Positions 59,867 through 64,000 of a stretch of DNA of 64,000 nt are shown one piece after another. Location of the stretch: the NCBI GenBank assembly GCA_965222225.1, contig CBDCTK010000002.1, positions 2,464,001-2,528,000 of the forward strand, read 5' to 3'. Every line of letters starts with the position of its first letter. Position 1 is the first letter of the stretch. Source of the DNA: Candidatus Poribacteria bacterium. Lineage in GTDB: Bacteria; Poribacteria; WGA-4E; JAJDTR01. The position numbers were made by a program, and so were the translations under genes. Under the pieces are notes generated by a model. That model did no database searches and was not told the DNA's origin. It saw nothing but the letters and a program-made list of their open reading frames with translations.

Positions 59867-61783
59867 ATGTCTGAGCAAAATTACAACCTCGTCATCTACG
59901 GTGGCAACCCCGCCGGCATCGCCTGTGCCGTGCGCGCCGCTCGCGAAGGTCTCACCGTCCTGCTCGTCAATCACACCCCGCACATCGGCGGTCTACCTGC
60001 CAATGGACTGGGCATCTGGGACACACTCTACGAAGGCTGGCGCTCACCCATCTACAATGAAATGCGCCAGTCTATCTTCGATTATTATCGCGGCAACTAT
60101 GGCGACAACTCGCCGCAATACGCCGCCTGCCTGCCCGGCGAAACCGGTCACTCCAACGGCAAATACGAAGCCGGCGTCTTTGAAAAACTCGCCGAAGAAA
60201 TGGTTCAAGACGAACCAAACATCACCCTCATCAAAAGCCATTATCCCACCCACGTCGAACAATCCGACCGCCTGATCGCAGCCGTCACATTTACCGAAAT
60301 GAACGGCGACAAGAGTTTTCGCGCCACAGGTGACATATTCGTCGACACATCCTACGAAGGCGATCTCTTGCCCTTGGCTAACGTCGCCTATCGTGTCGGC
60401 CGAGAATCCAGAGACGAATACGATGAGCCCCATGCCGGTCGCATCTTCATGCGTTTCACTCAGGAACTTCCCGCCTACGAACGACACCTGATTGATATCG
60501 CTGCATCGCTAAACCTGCGACAATTCGGTGGAGTGATGGAAACCATCATGCCCGAAAGCACAGGCGAAGGTGACGGCTCGGTGCAAGCCATGAATTTCCG
60601 TACAGCGCTCAGTAGTGATCCGGACAATCAAGTCAAACCATTACCACCTGAGGACTACGACCCGGAGCGAATCAAAACACTCCTTCAAAAACTCGAAGTA
60701 AACCGCCCCGACCGGGGGCAAGACGGCGGCGAATTCCCCAACAACAAAAGCGATTGGAATCGGCCGCAACTCATCGAAGGCGCCACCGACTACGTACACG
60801 GCGATTGGCTGATCCGCCAGCGCATGTTGCGCGACTTCTGGAACATCGCCATGGGTATCATGTATTTCTTCCAAAACGACCCCGATGCCCCTGAAAACAT
60901 GCGCGAAGCCTTTGCGCAATGGGGCCTTGCAAGAGATGAATTTGCCGACAACAATCACATGCCCTGGGAAATCTACGTACGCGAAGCCAGGCGCCTTGAA
61001 GGCCGTTACATCTTCACCGAGCACGACGTTCTCCTTGCCGAAGGCATTGACCGAGCACCTATTTACCCCGACAGCATTGCCATCTGCGAATGGTACACAG
61101 ACGTTCATGCCTGCCATCCCGAACGGGTCAAAGACAGCCGAGACGAAGGTAAAGTCATGTTGCACAAGCAGACCGTCCCGGGTCAAGTGTCCTATCGCAG
61201 TCTGCTGGCAAACGAAGTCGACAACTTGCTTGTGCCCGTCTGTCTCTCATCCAGCCACCTCGGTCAAAGCGCCATTCGTCTGGAACCCACCTGGATGCAA
61301 ATCGCCGAATCCGCGGCGTGGGCAGCTGTTCAGGCCATCAACAACAATCAAACCCCTGCCGACATCGACGTACAGACACTCCAGCGCACCCTAGCTGAAC
61401 ACAAATCAATGCTCACCTTCCTCAACGACATCGCACTCGACGACGATTATCCATACAACGCCGCCGTGCAATGGGCAGGCACAAAAGGCTTCTTCGACAC
61501 CTATAACGCACGCCCTCAAAATGACCTTGATGAGCGCACGGCACACCACTGGATCAACGGTTTTGTTCAAATGATCGATGGAACGCTCGAAGCCAATCAG
61601 TTTGCAAGAAAGCTCTCCATTCTTTCAGCCGGCAAGCCAATCACAAGCGATGCCTTCTGTGCACACGTGCGGTCTCAGACGGAAAATCGGGACATCAATG
61701 CATCCCACCACAATACGACAACCCCCAATGCAACCCTGACACGTGGAGAAGCGTGCCAGATTCTCTACAACGCGTATTTTTAA
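59867..61783 (+). CDS. FAD-dependent oxidoreductase (FAD_oxidored family)
   Basis: IYGGNPAGIACAVRAAREG, DTSYEGDL, YRVGRE, YVREARR, IRLEPTWM. Confidence 0.9.
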   Translation: MSEQNYNLVIYGGNPAGIACAVRAAREGLTVLLVNHTPHIGGLPANGLGIWDTLYEGWRSPIYNEMRQSIFDYYRGNYGDNSPQYAACLPGETGHSNGKYEAGVFEKLAEEMVQDEPNITLIKSHYPTHVEQSDRLIAAVTFTEMNGDKSFRATGDIFVDTSYEGDLLPLANVAYRVGRESRDEYDEPHAGRIFMRFTQELPAYERHLIDIAASLNLRQFGGVMETIMPESTGEGDGSVQAMNFRTALSSDPDNQVKPLPPEDYDPERIKTLLQKLEVNRPDRGQDGGEFPNNKSDWNRPQLIEGATDYVHGDWLIRQRMLRDFWNIAMGIMYFFQNDPDAPENMREAFAQWGLARDEFADNNHMPWEIYVREARRLEGRYIFTEHDVLLAEGIDRAPIYPDSIAICEWYTDVHACHPERVKDSRDEGKVMLHKQTVPGQVSYRSLLANEVDNLLVPVCLSSSHLGQSAIRLEPTWMQIAESAAWAAVQAINNNQTPADIDVQTLQRTLAEHKSMLTFLNDIALDDDYPYNAAVQWAGTKGFFDTYNARPQNDLDERTAHHWINGFVQMIDGTLEANQFARKLSILSAGKPITSDAFCAHVRSQTENRDINASHHNTTTPNATLTRGEACQILYNAYF

Positions 61784-61789
61784 TCGTCT

Positions 61790-62089
61790 GTGTGTTGCGT
61801 TTATCGATTCTCCGCTGTTTGTGCCAAAGGTAAAACGCATGACATCACGATTCTGAAAGGCAGTCGTCCGCCGATACGAGGGGAAGCGGAGAAAATCGCA
61901 GACCGGGGGTATCAAGGGATAAAGCGGCTGTATCCCAATGCGGTGACTCCTTTCAAGAAGAGCAAGTTCCTGAACCACCAGCAGTGCAAATTCAACTGCG
62001 AACTGTCCAAACGGCGAATTGTTATTGAACACGTGAATCGAAGATGCGTCTTCATCGTCGCCCGCATTTATTTGACACGTATCCAGTAA
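61790..62089 (+). pseudogene. IS5/ISL2-type DDE transposase fragment
   Basis: GKTHD, IADRGYQGI, TPFKKSK, FN.ELSKRRIVIEHVN. Confidence 0.7.
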
Positions 62090-62109
62090 CGGATATTGGA
62101 GAGGCACCA

Positions 62110-64000
62110 ATGACGGAACCAACGGAAAAATTGGAGACTATCGAAATCTGCGATGTATGTGTCGCGGGTGGAAGTCCGGCGGGAATAACAGCCGCCGTAA
62201 GGGCGGCACGTGAAGGAGGGAAAGTCATCCTCGTCTCCGCCAATCGGCATCTCGGCGGTGTACTATCGAACGGCCTAAGTTGCTGGGACACCATGTATGA
62301 TGGGTATCGCGCGCCCATTCAGGAAGAGTGGTTGGAGAAGATGCGCACCCATTACCGAGAGACGTACGGTGAAGATTCGGAAAATTATCGGATTTCGCAA
62401 AGCGGGCCTTTCGGAGGGGGAAGGTTCAAGGGCGCTTACACTTGGGAGCCCCACATCGCCGAACGGATGTTCGAAGAATTGGTGGCCTCGGAAAGCGGGA
62501 TCCGGGTCGTTCGGGAGTATCTTCCGGACGCGGTGGAGCGCGCCGGCAGAGAAATAAGGTCAGTATTTTTCCGTTCCCTTGCCGGGGGAGACCCAATGCG
62601 CGTCAGCGCCCAGGTCTTTATCGACGCGACCTACGAATCCGATGTCGCCGCACTGGCAGGCGTGCCCTATCGGGTCGGTCGAGAAGCCCGCGGCGAATAC
62701 AACGAAATCTATGCTGGGAAAATTTGGGTCAAGCGCAGTGGGAACGAGGCCAATTTCTCCCACGGTAGCGACGAAGCCTTGCAATGGCCTAGGGCAGCGC
62801 GGCGCGGCGATCTCAATCTCCGCCCCTGGTGGGGAACCACCCAGGAGATTTTTTCCGAGAGCACAGGGGAAGGCGACCGTGCCGTGCAGGCCGCCAATTT
62901 TCGCGTCTGCCTAAGTTCCGACCCCGATAACCAGATCCCGGTTGAACCACCCGACGGGTATGACCGGCGGGAGTTCCTGCCGATCGTAGAAGGCGACCCT
63001 GAAGAGGGTGCGCTCTATCCGCATCGTATCAAGAGTGGCCTGTTGAACTATCCGCTCACGGCGTTTCCGGGCGTCATTCCGATACCGGGTTCAAAGTGCG
63101 ATTGGAATGCCGCCGCCATTCCCGGCGGTGTCGACGATTTTCCTGATGGCAACTGGGAGACACGTCAAGCGATCATTAAACGGCACCGCGATTTCGCCCT
63201 CGGTCTGCTCTTTTTTCTGCAACACGACGACGCCGTGCCCGAGAAGATTCGCGGGGAGGCATTGAGTTGGGCCCTCCCGGTGGACGAGTTCGCCGACAAC
63301 GGACATTTCCCACACGAGTTTTATCTGCGGGAAGGTAGGCGCATCATCGGCCGTTACGTCATGCGCGAGAGCGACGCCTGTATCGGCACCGCTCTCGACC
63401 GAGCGCCGGTGCACGCCGATGCGGTCGCTATCGCGGAATGGCTGATGGACTCTCACGACTGTACTCCGGAGCGCCTTCACGGCGCCGAGGGTGACGGGTT
63501 TACCAGCCTGTCCGAGTACACACGGCCCTCCCAGATTCCCTACCGTTCCTTCCTCCCAAACGACATTGATAATCTGATCATGGGTTTGGCGGTTTCCGCG
63601 ACGCACGTGGCATGGGGTACCGTCAGGGTGGAACCTTGCTGCATGCACATCGCGGAAACAGCGGGGCACGCTGCGGCTTTGGCCCTCGCATCGGGGGTTG
63701 CGCCGGGGGACATTGAGGTCGAGGCGCTGCAGCGGCGGCTCGTCGAAAACCGGGTCATGCTGACGTTTTTCAATGAATTCGACATGGCGACTGATGCGTC
63801 ATGGGTATCTGCCATCCAGTTCCTCGGAACCAAGGGTTTTTTCAGCTCTTTCAACGCCAAGCCCGACGACCCACTTACCAAAGCGGTGGGGGAAATCTGG
63901 GCACGAGCATTCGGCAGCCTGATGGATGGTTCACACGACGCAGCGAACTGCGCGCGGCAGGTCGCGGAGGCTGAAAAGGGCGAACAGATTACGATTACCG
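62110..64000 (+). CDS. second FAD-dependent oxidoreductase paralogue, 3'-truncated by the window edge (absent from the ORF track)
   Basis: GGAGAGG RBS, MTEPTEK...VAGGSPAGITAAVRAAREG, DATYESD, YRVGRE; no stop seen before the window end. Confidence 0.88.
   Translation, partial: MTEPTEKLETIEICDVCVAGGSPAGITAAVRAAREGGKVILVSANRHLGGVLSNGLSCWDTMYDGYRAPIQEEWLEKMRTHYRETYGEDSENYRISQSGPFGGGRFKGAYTWEPHIAERMFEELVASESGIRVVREYLPDAVERAGREIRSVFFRSLAGGDPMRVSAQVFIDATYESDVAALAGVPYRVGREARGEYNEIYAGKIWVKRSGNEANFSHGSDEALQWPRAARRGDLNLRPWWGTTQEIFSESTGEGDRAVQAANFRVCLSSDPDNQIPVEPPDGYDRREFLPIVEGDPEEGALYPHRIKSGLLNYPLTAFPGVIPIPGSKCDWNAAAIPGGVDDFPDGNWETRQAIIKRHRDFALGLLFFLQHDDAVPEKIRGEALSWALPVDEFADNGHFPHEFYLREGRRIIGRYVMRESDACIGTALDRAPVHADAVAIAEWLMDSHDCTPERLHGAEGDGFTSLSEYTRPSQIPYRSFLPNDIDNLIMGLAVSATHVAWGTVRVEPCCMHIAETAGHAAALALASGVAPGDIEVEALQRRLVENRVMLTFFNEFDMATDASWVSAIQFLGTKGFFSSFNAKPDDPLTKAVGEIWARAFGSLMDGSHDAANCARQVAEAEKGEQITIT

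Noticed and set aside
3280-63881. Numerous antisense and alternate-frame ORFs in the track (e.g. 3637-4371, 18813-19493, 42554-43345, 63091-63669)
   Set aside because: Shadows of GC-rich real genes, with no motifs or RBS.

Overview
Bacterial genomic window, most likely Candidatus Poribacteria or a relative. This is inferred from the LamG proteins ending in AVEPSGKLATxWASLK, the LRR/FG-GAP proteins with C-terminal YPNPFNPETWIPY Ig-like domains, and the PhyH, sulfatase and glycan-catabolism content. It holds about 30 CDSs, mostly carbohydrate/sulfate catabolism and surface proteins. It also has tRNA-Gln(CTG) and tRNA-Glu(CTC), an IS3 element, ISL3/IS4/IS5 remnants, several MITE and REP-like families, and several genes broken by single frameshifts or stops. 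The main unexplained signal is a family of 35-36 bp dispersed elements (18 complete copies, no two identical; consensus RGGATYT(N)CTATCGC-NN-TC-NN-TATYC-NN-TC-NN-TTGA). Copies insert without clear target duplication, usually just 5' of a T (mostly TC). They sit inside IS transposase genes, where removing them restores the reading frame, inside other repeats, and inside each other. Their four variable dinucleotides co-vary to keep a hairpin with tandem G.A mismatches on one strand, which points to a structured single-stranded mobile micro-element whose mobilising enzyme is not in this window. All coordinates and alignments were done by eye; family names come from motif recognition, not database searches.
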